From the NCBI GenBank assembly GCA_963750165.1, contig CAVVPN010000003.1:3328001-3392000 (forward strand): 64,000 bases of DNA, in the 5' to 3' direction. Shown piece after piece: positions 20,002 through 31,447 of the stretch. The number at the start of each line of letters is the position of its first letter. The first letter of the stretch is position 1. The notes under the pieces were generated by a model. The model saw only the letters and a program-made list of their open reading frames with translations, did not search any database and was not told the origin of the DNA. Origin of the DNA: an uncultured Gemmataceae bacterium. GTDB taxonomy: Bacteria; Planctomycetota; Planctomycetia; Gemmatales; Gemmataceae. The position numbers and the translations under genes were made by a program.

Positions 20002-20542
20002 TTACGGAAAGCCGCGTTCGCGGCTTCAAGCGCGGCCCGATCGGGTTCCAGGCCGGCGAGTTTGACCAGGTCGAGGAGATTGTGCGTCCAGCACTTTTCC
20101 GAGAACCTGCGATCCTCGAAAACCACCTCGTTGGTGACGGCCACACGTGCCAGGACGCACGCCTTGAGCCCACACTCGACGGCATAGCCGGCCACATAGT
20201 ACGCCGCCGACCAGCAGTGGGCGTCGAGCATGGCCTTGGCGTCCACCAGCCAGCGGTCCGCGAGCATTTGCCATTGCAACCGGTTCACCGCGCTGACCTC
20301 CCTGTCAAATCGCGATCGACAACCGCGGATTCCTGTTGACAGGAGACGCGGCCTCCGCGTCGGCGCCCAGAGAAGTTCTGGGCGGGTCGGCGCGGACTGC
20401 GCACAGGTCGGCAGTTCGTCCGCCACCCAGCGCTCGCCCCGAAATCTCCCCATTTCCTTTGCTACCAACCCGACAATTCGGTAATTTAGAGAAGAGGAAA
20501 GATGCCCGCCATCTGCCTGCCGTGGTGTTCCTGGAGAGCTTG

Positions 20543-23497
20543 ATGATGCGCTGCCGGAAGTTGATGGCCACCAGTGTGCCGTTCTGCCTGGCACTACTGC
20601 TGACCCTGGGCCTGCTGCCGACCGCGGCATGGGCACAGGGGGACAAGCAATCGGCCCAGCCGTCGCCGGCGGCTGTGCAGTTCTTCGAGACGAAAATCCG
20701 CCCCATCCTGGCCGCGAACTGTTTCGGCTGCCACGGCCCCAAGAAGCAGCGCGGCGACCTGCGCCTGGACTCGCGGGCCGCCATGCTCGAGGGTGGCGAT
20801 CAAGGCCCCGTGCTGGTGCCTGGCAACCCGGACAAGAGCCTCATTATCAAGGCCGTCCGCTACGACGACAAGCACCTGAAAATGCCGCCGGACAGGAAGC
20901 TGCCGCGCGAGCACGTCGCCGACCTGACGCAGTGGGTCAAGCTGGGCGCCCCCTGGCCCGGTGACACGAAAGTCGCCGGCAACCCACCGCGCAAGGGCGA
21001 GTTCAAGATCACCGACAAGGACCGTCAACACTGGTCCTTCCGCCCGCTCCAGCGTCCGAAGACGCCGGCCGTCAAGAACGCCAAATGGGTGACCAATCCC
21101 ATCGACGCCTTTATCCTGCACGGCCTGGAGGCGAAGGGCCTGCGACCGAACCCGCCGGCGTCGAAGCGCGAACTGCTCCGCCGCGTCTACTACGACCTGA
21201 CCGGCCTGCCGCCGACGCCCGCCGAGGTGGAGGCGTTCGTCAATGACAAATCACCGGACGCTTATGAGAAGGTGGTGGACCGCCTGCTGGCGTCGCCGCA
21301 CTACGGCGAGAAGTGGGCGCGCTCCTGGCTGGACCTGGTGCGCTTCGCCGAGACCAACAGTTACGAGCGCGATAACCCCAAGCCGCACGCCTGGCGCTAC
21401 CGCGATTACGTCATCCGCGCCTTCAACGAGGACAAACCCTATGACCGCTTCGTCAAGGAGCAGCTGGCCGGCGACGAGCTGGCCCCCGACAACGCGGACG
21501 CGCTGATCGCCACGGGTTACTATCGCCTCGGCATCTGGGACGACGAACCGTCCGATCCGCTGCAGGCGCGCTTCGACGGCCTGGACGATCTCGTCGCCAC
21601 CACCGGCCAGGTCTTCCTCGGCCTGACGATGGACTGCGCCCGCTGCCACAACCACAAGATCGACCCGATTTCGCAGAAGGACTACTATCGCTTTTTGAGC
21701 TTCTTCCACAACGTCAACCACTACCGCGGCGGCGGCCCGACCGACCTGCGGCCGATCCTCACGCCGGATCGGAAGAGCGCCTACGACCAGCAGGTCAAGG
21801 AACTGCTGGCGAAGCGCGACAAGGTGCAGGCGGAACTCTCGGCGATCGAGAAGGAACTGCGTGTCGCCCTGTTGAAGACTGGCAAGGGCGCCGCCCAGGG
21901 TTTCGACCTGGACGATTTGACGTACCGATATTACCGCGACAGCTGGACGAAGTTGCCGGACTTCACCGCCCTCAAGCCGGAGGACACGGGCAAACTGCCG
22001 CGCAACCTTTTCGACCTGGGACCGCGCACGCGCGACGAGGCGTTTGGCTTCGTCTACGAGGGCGTGCTGATCGTGCCCGAGGCCGGCAAATACACCTTCT
22101 ACCTCGACTCCGACGACGGCGCGCGGCTGACCGTGAACGGCAAGCAGGTGATCCTGTACGACGGCATTCACGGCGAGGGCATGGAGAAGACCGCGACGGT
22201 GACGCTACCGAAGGGCCGGCTGCCGATCAAGCTGGAATATTTTCAGAACCAGTTCGGCTTCGGCCTGACGGTGGGCTGGTCCGGTCCCGGCTTCGGCCGC
22301 CGTTACCTGTCGGTGTCGGCGCGGCAGGCGGCGGGCGATCTGCGGCAGTTGATGGCCAGGGAGGGGCCGAGTCTGCTCGGCAAGGAGCGCGTGGCGGCGT
22401 ACAACAAGCTGAAAAAATCGCTGGAGGCGTTGAAGAAAAAGCAGGTGCCGGCGGAGATGGCGCTGTGCGTGAGCGAACCGGGGCCGACGCCGCCGGAGAC
22501 GCGCGTCATGATCCGCGGCAACCCGCACGCGCCCGGCGACGTGGTGACGCCCGGCTTCCCCGAGGTGCTGACGACCGCCGCGCCGATCATTTCCGCACCG
22601 AAGCCGGGCGCCCGCAGCAGCGGCCGCCGGCTGGCGCTGGCGAACTGGATTGCGTCGAAGGACAACCCGCTGACGGCGCGCGTCCTGGTCAACCGCGTCT
22701 GGCAGAATCATTTCGGCCGCGGCATCGTGCGCTCGACGAACGACTTCGGCTACCAGGGCGCGAAGCCGACGCACCCCGAGCTGCTGAACTGGCTGGCGGC
22801 GGAGCTGATCGACGGCGGCTGGCGGCTGAAGCGGCTGCACCGCACGATTCTGCTGAGCAGTGCTTACCGCATGTCGTCGCGGCCGCAGGAAAAGGCGCTG
22901 GCCGCGGACCCGGCCAACGATGCTTTCTGGCGTTTCGACATGCGCCGCCTGACCGCGGAGGAAATCCGCGATTCCATTCTGGCCGTCAGCGGCAACCTCA
23001 ATGGGAAGATGTTCGGCCCTGGCATTTACCCGGAAATCCCGAAGGAAGTGCTGGCCGGGCAGTCGGTGCCGGGCCGCGGCTGGCCGAAGTCGTCGCCGGA
23101 GGAGGCGGCGCGGCGGAGCGTCTACATCCACGTGAAGCGGTCGCTGATCTACCCGATCCTGGAGACGTTCGACGTGGCGGAGACGGATCGCTCCGTGCCG
23201 GTGCGTTTCTCAACAACGCAACCGCTGCAGGCGCTGACGATGCTCAACGGCGACTTCCTGAACAAGCAAGCCGTCCTCTTCGCCGACCGCCTGCGCCGCG
23301 AGGCGAAGGACGTGCCCGCCCAGGTGCGGCGCGGGTTGTATCTGGCGACGCAGCGACCGCCGACCGCCGCGGAGGTGCAGCGCGGCGTGGACCTGATCGC
23401 CGCGCTGCGGCGCGAGGACGGCCTGTCCGAGACGGCGGCGCTGAACGGCTTCTGTCTGGTGGTGTTGAATTTGAACGAGTTCATGTATCTGGATTGA
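20543..23497 (+). CDS. Planctomycete cytochrome c + DUF1549 + PA14 + DUF1553 protein
   Basis: CFGCH and CARCH motifs, HYGEKWARSWLD, PA14-like YTFYLDSDDGARL, PTHPELLNWLA and LNLNEFMYLD. Confidence 0.93.
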   Translation: MMRCRKLMATSVPFCLALLLTLGLLPTAAWAQGDKQSAQPSPAAVQFFETKIRPILAANCFGCHGPKKQRGDLRLDSRAAMLEGGDQGPVLVPGNPDKSLIIKAVRYDDKHLKMPPDRKLPREHVADLTQWVKLGAPWPGDTKVAGNPPRKGEFKITDKDRQHWSFRPLQRPKTPAVKNAKWVTNPIDAFILHGLEAKGLRPNPPASKRELLRRVYYDLTGLPPTPAEVEAFVNDKSPDAYEKVVDRLLASPHYGEKWARSWLDLVRFAETNSYERDNPKPHAWRYRDYVIRAFNEDKPYDRFVKEQLAGDELAPDNADALIATGYYRLGIWDDEPSDPLQARFDGLDDLVATTGQVFLGLTMDCARCHNHKIDPISQKDYYRFLSFFHNVNHYRGGGPTDLRPILTPDRKSAYDQQVKELLAKRDKVQAELSAIEKELRVALLKTGKGAAQGFDLDDLTYRYYRDSWTKLPDFTALKPEDTGKLPRNLFDLGPRTRDEAFGFVYEGVLIVPEAGKYTFYLDSDDGARLTVNGKQVILYDGIHGEGMEKTATVTLPKGRLPIKLEYFQNQFGFGLTVGWSGPGFGRRYLSVSARQAAGDLRQLMAREGPSLLGKERVAAYNKLKKSLEALKKKQVPAEMALCVSEPGPTPPETRVMIRGNPHAPGDVVTPGFPEVLTTAAPIISAPKPGARSSGRRLALANWIASKDNPLTARVLVNRVWQNHFGRGIVRSTNDFGYQGAKPTHPELLNWLAAELIDGGWRLKRLHRTILLSSAYRMSSRPQEKALAADPANDAFWRFDMRRLTAEEIRDSILAVSGNLNGKMFGPGIYPEIPKEVLAGQSVPGRGWPKSSPEEAARRSVYIHVKRSLIYPILETFDVAETDRSVPVRFSTTQPLQALTMLNGDFLNKQAVLFADRLRREAKDVPAQVRRGLYLATQRPPTAAEVQRGVDLIAALRREDGLSETAALNGFCLVVLNLNEFMYLD

Positions 23498-23512
23498 CAT
23501 TAACCCTTCTTT

Positions 23513-23571
23513 CGTGGGGCAGACATTCCTGTCTGCCATTGAGGTTGACAGACAGGAATGTTTGCCCCACG
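23513..23571. repeat. REP-like palindrome
   Basis: CGTGGGGCAGACATTCCTGTCTG...CAGACAGGAATGTTTGCCCCACG. Confidence 0.85.
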
Positions 23572-23617
23572 ACAAGAGCGCTAAGCCGCAAGCGGCAGAA
23601 ACAAGGAACTTCACCCC

Positions 23618-25078
23618 ATGAGCGCATCCCCCCCCGACCCGAAGCAACCGCACGGCACCTTCTGCCGCCGCACCCGCCGCGAGTTCCTCTGGGAGGCCGG
23701 CGCCGGCTTCACCGGCCTGGCGCTGTCCGCGCTGCTGGCGAAGGACGCCGCGGCCACTCCGCAATCCACCAACCCGCTGGCGCCGCGGGCGCCGCACTTC
23801 GCGCCGAAGGCCACGAGCGTGATCTTCCTGTTCATGTACGGCGGCCCCAGCCAGGTCGATACCTTCGACTACAAGCCGCGGTTGTACCAGCTGGACGGCC
23901 GCACCATCCAGGTGCAGACGCACGGCCGCGGCGGCCACCGCAATCAGGGCCGCGTCGTCGGGCCGAAGTGGCGATTCCGCCAGTACGGCCAGAGCGGCAA
24001 GCACGTCAGCGACCTGTTCCCGCACCTGTCCGGCTGCGTCGATGACATCGCCTTCCTCCACAGTATGACCGCGGACTCGCCGATCCACGGCTCGGCCATG
24101 CTGCAGATGAACAGCGGCAAGATCCTGTCCGGCAGCCCGTGTGTGGGCTCGTGGGTCAACTATGGCCTGGGCAGCGAGAACCAGAATTTGCCGGGCTTCG
24201 CGGTCATGCTCGACCCGACCGGCGGCCCCATCAGCGGCGCCAAGAACTGGTCGAGCGGCTACATGCCGGCCAGCTACCAGGGCGTGATCCTGCGCGGCGG
24301 CGCTCACCCGATCCTCGACCTGGACCGGCCGCAGGGCACGCCCGCCGCGGCCCAGCGCCGCCTGCTCGACACGCTCAACCAGTACAACAGCGCTCACCAG
24401 CTGCCGCGTGCCGACAACAGCAACCTGGCGGCCCGCATCGCCAGCTACGAGCTGGCCTTCCGCATGCAATCGCACGCCCACGAGGCGGTGAACCTGGCCC
24501 AGGAGACGGAGGAGACCAAAAACCTCTACGGCGTCAACCAGGCGCAAACGGCGGACTTTGGCACGCGCTGCCTGCTGGCGCGGCGCCTGGTGGAGCGCGG
24601 CGTGCGCTTCGTCCAGCTGTATTCCGGTGGCGCCCACAATGACGACAACTGGGACGCGCACGGCAACCTGGTGTTGAACCACACCCGCCACGCCGGCCGC
24701 ACCGACAGGCCGATTGCGGCGCTGCTGAAGGACCTGAAGCGGCGCGGCCTGCTGGACACGACGCTGGTGATCTGGGGCGGCGAGTTCGGCCGGCAGCCGA
24801 CGGCCGAATACGCGACCGGCACGGGCCGTGACCACAACGCCTACGGCTTCACGATGTGGTGCGCCGGCGGCGGCATCAAGGGCGGTGTCAGCGTCGGCGC
24901 CACGGACGAGCTGGGCGCCGCCGCGGTGGAGCACCGCTTCCACGTCAAGCACCTGCACGCGACCATCCTGACGCTGATGGGCCTGGACCCGATGCGGCTG
25001 ACGTATTTTTACGGCGGCCTGGATCAGCGGCTGGTCGGTGTCGAGGGGGCGGAGCCGATTCGCCAGATCATGGCTTGA
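23618..25078 (+). CDS. DUF1501 domain-containing protein (Tat signal)
   Basis: TRREFL, GGPSQVDTFDYKP, LVERGVRFVQL, GGEFGRQP and GRDHN. Confidence 0.95.
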   Translation: MSASPPDPKQPHGTFCRRTRREFLWEAGAGFTGLALSALLAKDAAATPQSTNPLAPRAPHFAPKATSVIFLFMYGGPSQVDTFDYKPRLYQLDGRTIQVQTHGRGGHRNQGRVVGPKWRFRQYGQSGKHVSDLFPHLSGCVDDIAFLHSMTADSPIHGSAMLQMNSGKILSGSPCVGSWVNYGLGSENQNLPGFAVMLDPTGGPISGAKNWSSGYMPASYQGVILRGGAHPILDLDRPQGTPAAAQRRLLDTLNQYNSAHQLPRADNSNLAARIASYELAFRMQSHAHEAVNLAQETEETKNLYGVNQAQTADFGTRCLLARRLVERGVRFVQLYSGGAHNDDNWDAHGNLVLNHTRHAGRTDRPIAALLKDLKRRGLLDTTLVIWGGEFGRQPTAEYATGTGRDHNAYGFTMWCAGGGIKGGVSVGATDELGAAAVEHRFHVKHLHATILTLMGLDPMRLTYFYGGLDQRLVGVEGAEPIRQIMA

Positions 25079-25208
25079 ATCCCGGAACGTTGAAGAGGCT
25101 TCGATGCTCGATGCATCGCCATGGCGCTCAGACCAGGCGCTGTTGCGATGCACTGTGCCAGGGTCCGCGCCGTGAACGATCGTGAGAAACCCCTGAGAGG
25201 ATTGTGCC

Positions 25209-27776
25209 ATGCTGCCGTCAAAGTGCCGACTCTCTCGCAAGCTCCTGTTGCCGCCCGTGGCGCTGCTCGCCGCGGCGCTGGCCTGGCAGGCTTACGCCAG
25301 GGTAACCGCGCCCACGCGGCCGGCTCCGGTCGCCACGGATCGCCCGTCTGAACTGGAAGCACTGGCCAACGTCTACACCGTAGCGGACGGCACCGTCCTG
25401 CGCAAGTCACCGGCCGGCGGCAAGAAGGCCGGCGCCGAGACGCCAGGCAATGTGGACTCCCTCGACCTGCCCGCCGCGTATCTGCGTGCCGAGCAGCTCG
25501 GCAAACAGACGCAGGGCCGCGTCTTCAAGGCGACGATCACGCCGCACTGGTTCGCCAACAACACGCGCTTCTGGTATCGCAACGACCTCAAGGGCGGCAA
25601 GAAGGAGTTTATCCTCGTCGATGCCATCAAGGGCACGCGCGGCCCGGCATTCGATCACCAGAAACTCGCGGCGGCGCTGTCCAAGGCGGCCGGCATCGAC
25701 TCCAAGGCGGACCGGCTGCCCTTTGACGCCATCGAATTCGTGCAGGACGGCGGCGCGGTGTGCTTCAATGCGGCCGGCGGCAACTGGCAGTGCGATCTGA
25801 CTTCGTATGTATGCAGCCCCACGGAGAAGACGCCGCAGGTGGAAGCCCCCGAGGAGTTGCCGCCGCCCGCGGTGGAGGAGGATCGCTGGGGCCACGACGC
25901 GCCGGCCGATGATGAACTGTCGCCCGAAGAGTCGCCGCAAAAGGGCAAGGGCAAGAAACAACCGGGCAAGGTACTTGCCACCGAGGCGAAGTCGCCGGAC
26001 GGGAAATTTCTGGCCTTCATCAAAAACCGCAACGTGGTGCTGCGCGACGCGGACGGCAAGGAGACGCAGGTGACGCAGAACGGCGTCGAGGGCAACCCCT
26101 ACGGCGCCCTGGCGTGGTCGCCCGACGGTAAGGCGCTGCTGGCGTTCCGCATCGAACCCGGTGACAACAAGCCGGTGTACCTCATCGAAACCAGCCCGAA
26201 GGATCAACTCCGCGCCAAATTCCGCGAGCGCGTTTACCCGCAGCCCGGGGATAAGTTCGCGGTTTATGAAATGTACGCCATCAACCTGGCGGACAGGACG
26301 CCGGTCAAGGTGGCCGTGGACCGGTTTGATAGTTTCAAGGGCCAGCCGCGGCTACGCTGGAAGAAGGATGGCCGTCACGCCCTCTACGAACAGATGGACC
26401 GCGGCTACCAGCGCTTCCGCTTCATCGAGGTGGACGCCCACACCGGCAAGGCCCGCAACATCATCGACGAGAAAACCCAGACGTTTATCGATCATTACAC
26501 GTTTCACTACCTGCAATATTTGCCCGACACGGAAGAAGTGCTGTACGTCTCGGAAATGGACGGCTGGAAACACATTTATTTGTATGATGTCAAGGCCGGG
26601 AAACTCAAACAGCAAATCACGAAGGGCGCGTGGGTGGTGCGCGGCATCGACCGGGTGGACGTGCAGAAGCGGCAAATCTGGTTCCGCGGCAGTGGCAAGA
26701 ACGCCGGGCAAGATCCGTACCTGGTGCATTACTATCGTGTGAACTGCGACGGCGGCGGCCTGGTGGCGCTGACCGACGGCAACGGCCATCATGTTCCCCA
26801 GGGAGCGGGGAAGTTCGCCCAGCAGGGCTTGAAGTTCTCCCCGGACAGGAAATACATCATCGACACCTATTCGCGCGTGGACATGGCCCCCGTCCACGAA
26901 CTGCGGCGCGTTGCGGACGGTGCGTTGGTTTGCGTCCTGGAGAAGGCGGACGTGAGCGCCCTGGAGGCGACCGGCTGGCGCTACCCCGAGGTGTTCCAAA
27001 CGAAGGGCCGCGACGGCAAGACGGACATCTGGGGCATTGTGTGCCGGCCGCAGAAGATGGACCCCAACAAGAAATACCCGGTGATCGAATACATCTACGC
27101 CGGGCCGCACAGCCATCATGTGCCGAAGTCGTTCAGCGCCTATCGGCAGATGGCGGCGCTGGCGGAGTTGGGGTTCATTGTGGTGCAGATTGATGGCATG
27201 GGCACTGCCTGGCGGTCGCGGGCGTTTCATGACGTGTGCTGGAAAAACCTCGCCGACGCCGGCTTCCCGGATCGTATTCTGTGGATTCAGGCGCTGGCCA
27301 AACGCTACGGCTACGTGGACGTGACGCGCGTGGGCATCTACGGCACCTCGGCCGGCGGCCAGAACGCGCTGGGGGCGCTGCTGTTCCACCCCGACTTCTA
27401 CAAGGTCGCCGTCTCCGCGTGCGGTTGCCACGATAACCGCATCGACAAGTGGAGCTGGAACGAAGCCTGGATGGGGCTGCTCGGCAAACATTATGTGGAG
27501 CAATCCAACGTCACCAACGCCCACAAACTCCAGGGCAACCTATTACTCATCCTCGGCGAACTGGACACCAACGTGCCGCCGGAATCGACCTACCGTGTGG
27601 TGGACGCGCTCGTCCGCGCCGGCAAGGATTTTGACCTGCTGGTGGTGCCGGGATTGGGGCACTCCAGCGGCGGCCAGTATGGCGGCCGTCGCCGCGACGA
27701 TTTCTTTGTGCGCCACCTGCTTGGCGTCGAACCGCCCAACCGCAACGCCGCCCGTGCAAAAGGCGGGGCGGAGTGA
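25209..27776 (+). CDS. S9B dipeptidyl-peptidase IV family protein
   Basis: Beta-propeller region, GTSAGG nucleophile elbow, DTNV and GLGH. Confidence 0.93.
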   Translation: MLPSKCRLSRKLLLPPVALLAAALAWQAYARVTAPTRPAPVATDRPSELEALANVYTVADGTVLRKSPAGGKKAGAETPGNVDSLDLPAAYLRAEQLGKQTQGRVFKATITPHWFANNTRFWYRNDLKGGKKEFILVDAIKGTRGPAFDHQKLAAALSKAAGIDSKADRLPFDAIEFVQDGGAVCFNAAGGNWQCDLTSYVCSPTEKTPQVEAPEELPPPAVEEDRWGHDAPADDELSPEESPQKGKGKKQPGKVLATEAKSPDGKFLAFIKNRNVVLRDADGKETQVTQNGVEGNPYGALAWSPDGKALLAFRIEPGDNKPVYLIETSPKDQLRAKFRERVYPQPGDKFAVYEMYAINLADRTPVKVAVDRFDSFKGQPRLRWKKDGRHALYEQMDRGYQRFRFIEVDAHTGKARNIIDEKTQTFIDHYTFHYLQYLPDTEEVLYVSEMDGWKHIYLYDVKAGKLKQQITKGAWVVRGIDRVDVQKRQIWFRGSGKNAGQDPYLVHYYRVNCDGGGLVALTDGNGHHVPQGAGKFAQQGLKFSPDRKYIIDTYSRVDMAPVHELRRVADGALVCVLEKADVSALEATGWRYPEVFQTKGRDGKTDIWGIVCRPQKMDPNKKYPVIEYIYAGPHSHHVPKSFSAYRQMAALAELGFIVVQIDGMGTAWRSRAFHDVCWKNLADAGFPDRILWIQALAKRYGYVDVTRVGIYGTSAGGQNALGALLFHPDFYKVAVSACGCHDNRIDKWSWNEAWMGLLGKHYVEQSNVTNAHKLQGNLLLILGELDTNVPPESTYRVVDALVRAGKDFDLLVVPGLGHSSGGQYGGRRRDDFFVRHLLGVEPPNRNAARAKGGAE

Positions 27777-27831
27777 CGGGCCGGAACTGGGAGCATTGGC
27801 ATCGCTGGTCGCCTGGTGGCGCCGGTTGTCC

Positions 27832-27886
27832 GCGCAAGGGAGCCAAGGGAGCCAAGGGAGCCATCTTTTTCACACGTCGAGATCGG
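27832..27886. repeat. Partial copy of the dispersed (AAGGG[G/A]GCC)x3-TTTTTCA[C/T]ACGTCGAGAT element
   Basis: Matches 3727-3778 and the reverse complement of 37128-37164. Confidence 0.8.
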
Positions 27887-27917
27887 GCACCCTTCCATCA
27901 CGCCGGAGTAATTCGTC

Positions 27918-30900
27918 ATGATCGGTCGTTGGATTCAACCTGTCCTGCTGGCCACGTTCCTGGTGCTGGTGAGCGGGACGCTGCACGGCGAAGGGCCCGG
28001 TCCCTCCGCCCGGCAAGAGCCAAAGGTGAAGGGCGGTGAACAGAAGCCTGCGGTAGCACAGCCCAAGGGCAAGACGCCGCCCGTCCCGGATTTGCGCGAA
28101 CTGCTGGCGACGCCGCGCAGCGAGTTCGCCGTCGTGGTCCGCCGCTTCGACGCCGATCACGGCAACCTCAATCGCCTGTATTCCATCCAGGCCTCACCCA
28201 CCCGACACGCCCGGCTCAGACGCTTTTACGCCGACTGGCTCGACGCGCTGCGGAAACTAAACCCCGCGGCGCTGAGCAAGGAAGGGCGCACGGATCACGA
28301 AACCCTGCAAAAAACCATAGAAGCCGACCTGATGCGCCTGAACCAGCAGGCGCGTGTCCAGGCCGAGATCGTCCCGCTGGTGCCGTTCGCCGCGACGGTC
28401 ATTCACCTGGAAGAGTCGCGCCGCCGGTTGGAAAAGGTGGACGGCGCCAAAGCCGCCGGGCAATTGACGGCGCTGAAGAAACAAATTGGGCAAACACAGT
28501 GGTTGATCGAGACGGGCCTCAACGTCAACAAGTCGCTTCTCACCCGCGCCGCCGATACGACCGCAGCATTACGCGCCGCGCTGAAAAACTGGCACAACTT
28601 CTATGATAGCTACGACCCCGTGTTCAGCTGGTGGGTGAGCCTGCCGTACAAAGACGCTGACCAATCCCTGCAAAGCTATGTTAGTTTCCTGCGTGAGCAG
28701 GCGAACCAGGCCGGGGACGACCCGGTGACCTACGCCCCGGGCGCGGCCGGCCCGCTCAAGGTCAACGTCAAGCTGCCGCCGAAGGCCGCCGACGTGCCGA
28801 ACCTGAAGGAAATGCTGGCCGCGCCGCAGAGTGAGCTGGCCGTGGTGCTCCAGCGCTTTCAGAAGGACCGTGGCAGTCTGGGCGGCAAGCTGACGAAGCT
28901 CCCCGGGTTTCCAAAGGGGCCGGTGTCGCCAGAGCGCGCCGCCCGTCTGAAGAAGTTTTACGGCGACTGGCTCGCGGCGCTGCCGAAACTGGACTTCGAC
29001 AAACTCAGCCGCGAAGGTCAGGTCGATTACCTGCTGCTCAAAAACCATCTCGAACGCGAATTGCGCCGGCTGGACCTGCCGCCCCCGAAGGCGGCGGCGA
29101 AGAAGGATAACAGCGGCATTACTGGTCGGCCCATCGGCCGCGAAGCGCTGCTGCTGGAGCTGGCTGGCGAGATGATCCCGTACACGCCGGAAGAGCTGAT
29201 CGCGCTGGCCAACGCGGAGTTCGCCTGGTGCGACCGCGAAATGCTCAAGGCGTCGCGCGACCTCGGCTTCGGCAACGACTGGCGCAAGGCGCTGGAGAAG
29301 GTCAAAACGCTGCACGTGCAACCGGGTCAGCAACCCGAGTTGATCCGCTTCCTGGCGTTCGAGGCCATCGACTATTTGAAAAAGCACGACCTGGTGACGG
29401 TGCCGCCGCTGGCTGCGGAGACGTGGCGCATGGAAATGATGTCGCCGCAGCGGCAACTGGTGAATCCGTTCTTCACCGGCGGCGAAACCATCAGCGTGGC
29501 GTTCCCGACCAGCACCATGTCGCACGAAGCCAAGCTGCAAAGTATGCGCGGCAACAACAAACATTTCAGCCGCGCGACCGTGCATCACGAATTGATCCCG
29601 GGACATCATTTGCAGCTGTTCATGAACGCCCGAACCAACACGCACCGGCGGCAGTTCGGCACGCCGTTCTGGGTGGAGGGCTGGGCGCTGTACTGGGAGT
29701 TCGTGCTGTACGACCACGGCTTTCCCAAGACCGCCGAGGACCGCGTCGGCTTTTTGTTCTGGCGCATGCACCGCTGCGCCCGCATCATCTTTTCGCTGGA
29801 ATATCATCTGGGCAAGAAGTCGCCGCAGGAGTGCATTGATTTTCTGGTGGAGCGCGTCGGCCACGAGCGCGACAACGCCACCGCGGAGGTGCGCCGCTCC
29901 TTCCAGGGCAATTACGGCCCGCTCTACCAGGCAGCGTACATGCTCGGCGGGTTGCAAATCCGGGCGCTGCGCAAGGAACTCGTGGACAGCGGCAAGATGA
30001 CGGAGCGCGATTTCCACGACCGCATCTTGCAGGCGGGGAACATGCCCATCGCAATGGTCCGCGCCTGTTGACGGACGAGAAGCTCGGCCGCGACTACGCG
30101 CCGAACTGGAAGTTCTACGGCCCCAACCCGGGCGGGGCCGGCGGTGCTCAGGCGGAGAACGGTGATGACACCGCCGCGCGCGGCCCCGCTCAGAAAGCGT
30201 TTGACAAACTACAGGAAGAACACTTCGAAGCCAACCAGAAGTTGCAGAGTGGCCTGGAAACTGACAGTCCAGAATGGCAGGGCTACTGTAGAAAGTACAT
30301 CGACAAATACCTCGCTCACGCCCAACAATTTCCCCGGGATAGTAGCGCCGTTGGTGCCTTGCTCGAGGTCGTTTCGCTCTCGGGGGAGGTTGACCGTCAG
30401 TTGCAAAAACAAACTCTGGCCCGGTTACGCCGCGATTACCTCAAGACGCTCCTGGTCATCCCTTCCTTACGAAATCTCGGCCTCGGGCAGAGCCAGCTTG
30501 CGCATGAACTCTTGCGTGAGATCGGCGAAACCAACGAAAGTAAGCGGGTCCGTGCGTTGGCGTGGCGCGCCCTCATCAATGGGCGTTCGTTTTACGTGGA
30601 TAGTCAAAAGCCGCTGCTGGCCAAAGCCAAGGCGCGCACGAACAATCCGGAAGCAGTGGCCGACTGGGAAGCCAGGATTGCGAAGTGGGAGCGGGACATT
30701 GCCGAGGCCAAGGCAAAACTCCGTGCCCCCGAGTTGGCCGGCGCACTGGCCGACGTTTCGGTGGGGGCGAAGGTTCCCGGGACGCAGGCCATCAGTTTGA
30801 CCGGCAAGAAAGTGTCCCTGGCCGACCACAAAGGAAAGGTGATCGTCCTTGATTTCTGGCACACGCACTGCGGCCCGTGCCTGCGGATGATTCCTGCAAC

Positions 30901-31200
30901 CAATGCGCTGGTGCGCGAGATGAAAGGCCGGCCCTTCGCAGCCATCGCCATCAGCGCGGATGAGCGCAGGGAAGTGGTCCTGAAGTTCCAGGAGAAAACG
31001 GCGCTGCTCGGCGAACAGTGGTGGGCAGGGCACGGCGCCGCGCCCTGGAAATCTGGGACGTCAACGGGTATCCGACGGTGTACGTTATTGATCATGAAGG
31101 CATCATCCGGCACCGGCAAACCGGCTATGACCCAAAAACGGACAGGCTTGCAGAGTTGGTCCGAGCGTTGGTCAAAAAGGCGGAAGCATCTACAAGATGA
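27918..31200 (+). CDS. DUF885 protein probably fused to a TlpA/redoxin domain (apparent frameshifts near 30066 and 31041)
   Basis: HHELIPGHHLQ, EGWALYWE and YQAAYMLGG. The next frame continues LTDEKLGRDYAPNWKFYG into DFWHTHCGPC; a third frame gives WDVNGYPTVYVIDHEGIIR. Confidence 0.75.
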
Positions 31201-31447
31201 CGAGAAGCTGAAAAGGATCGGGTCAAGCAGCACGGTCGAGCCGATGAGTTCTGTTGTTCAGCAACGAGAGGAAAAGGGGGCGCAACTCGATTCGGCGTCA
31301 AACAAATGAGAGCGGCCGAACCAGGTGTTGCACGTGACGGGTCAACTGAGGTTGCGATGACAGCATTGAGTCGAGCGGCCCGCACGTGAACTGGGGTGTT
31401 CGGCCCAGAGGTGGCGGGTCAAGCGTTGCTGTCCAGAAGTGAGGTGA

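Larger units (their letters stand above)
18476..20288 (-). pseudogene. HEPN-domain gene interrupted by an ISAzo13-family element
   Basis: N-part has AAYYVAGYAVECGLKA...THNL; C-part has HWQVVKDWSEQSRY. Removing the IS and one TTA restores ...AFRK-HWQ... in frame. Confidence 0.88.

Noticed and set aside
20543..25078. DUF1549/DUF1553 + DUF1501 pair as a novel system
   Set aside because: This is a well-known, highly multicopy planctomycete gene pair; function is unknown but nothing is distinctive here beyond the PA14 insert.
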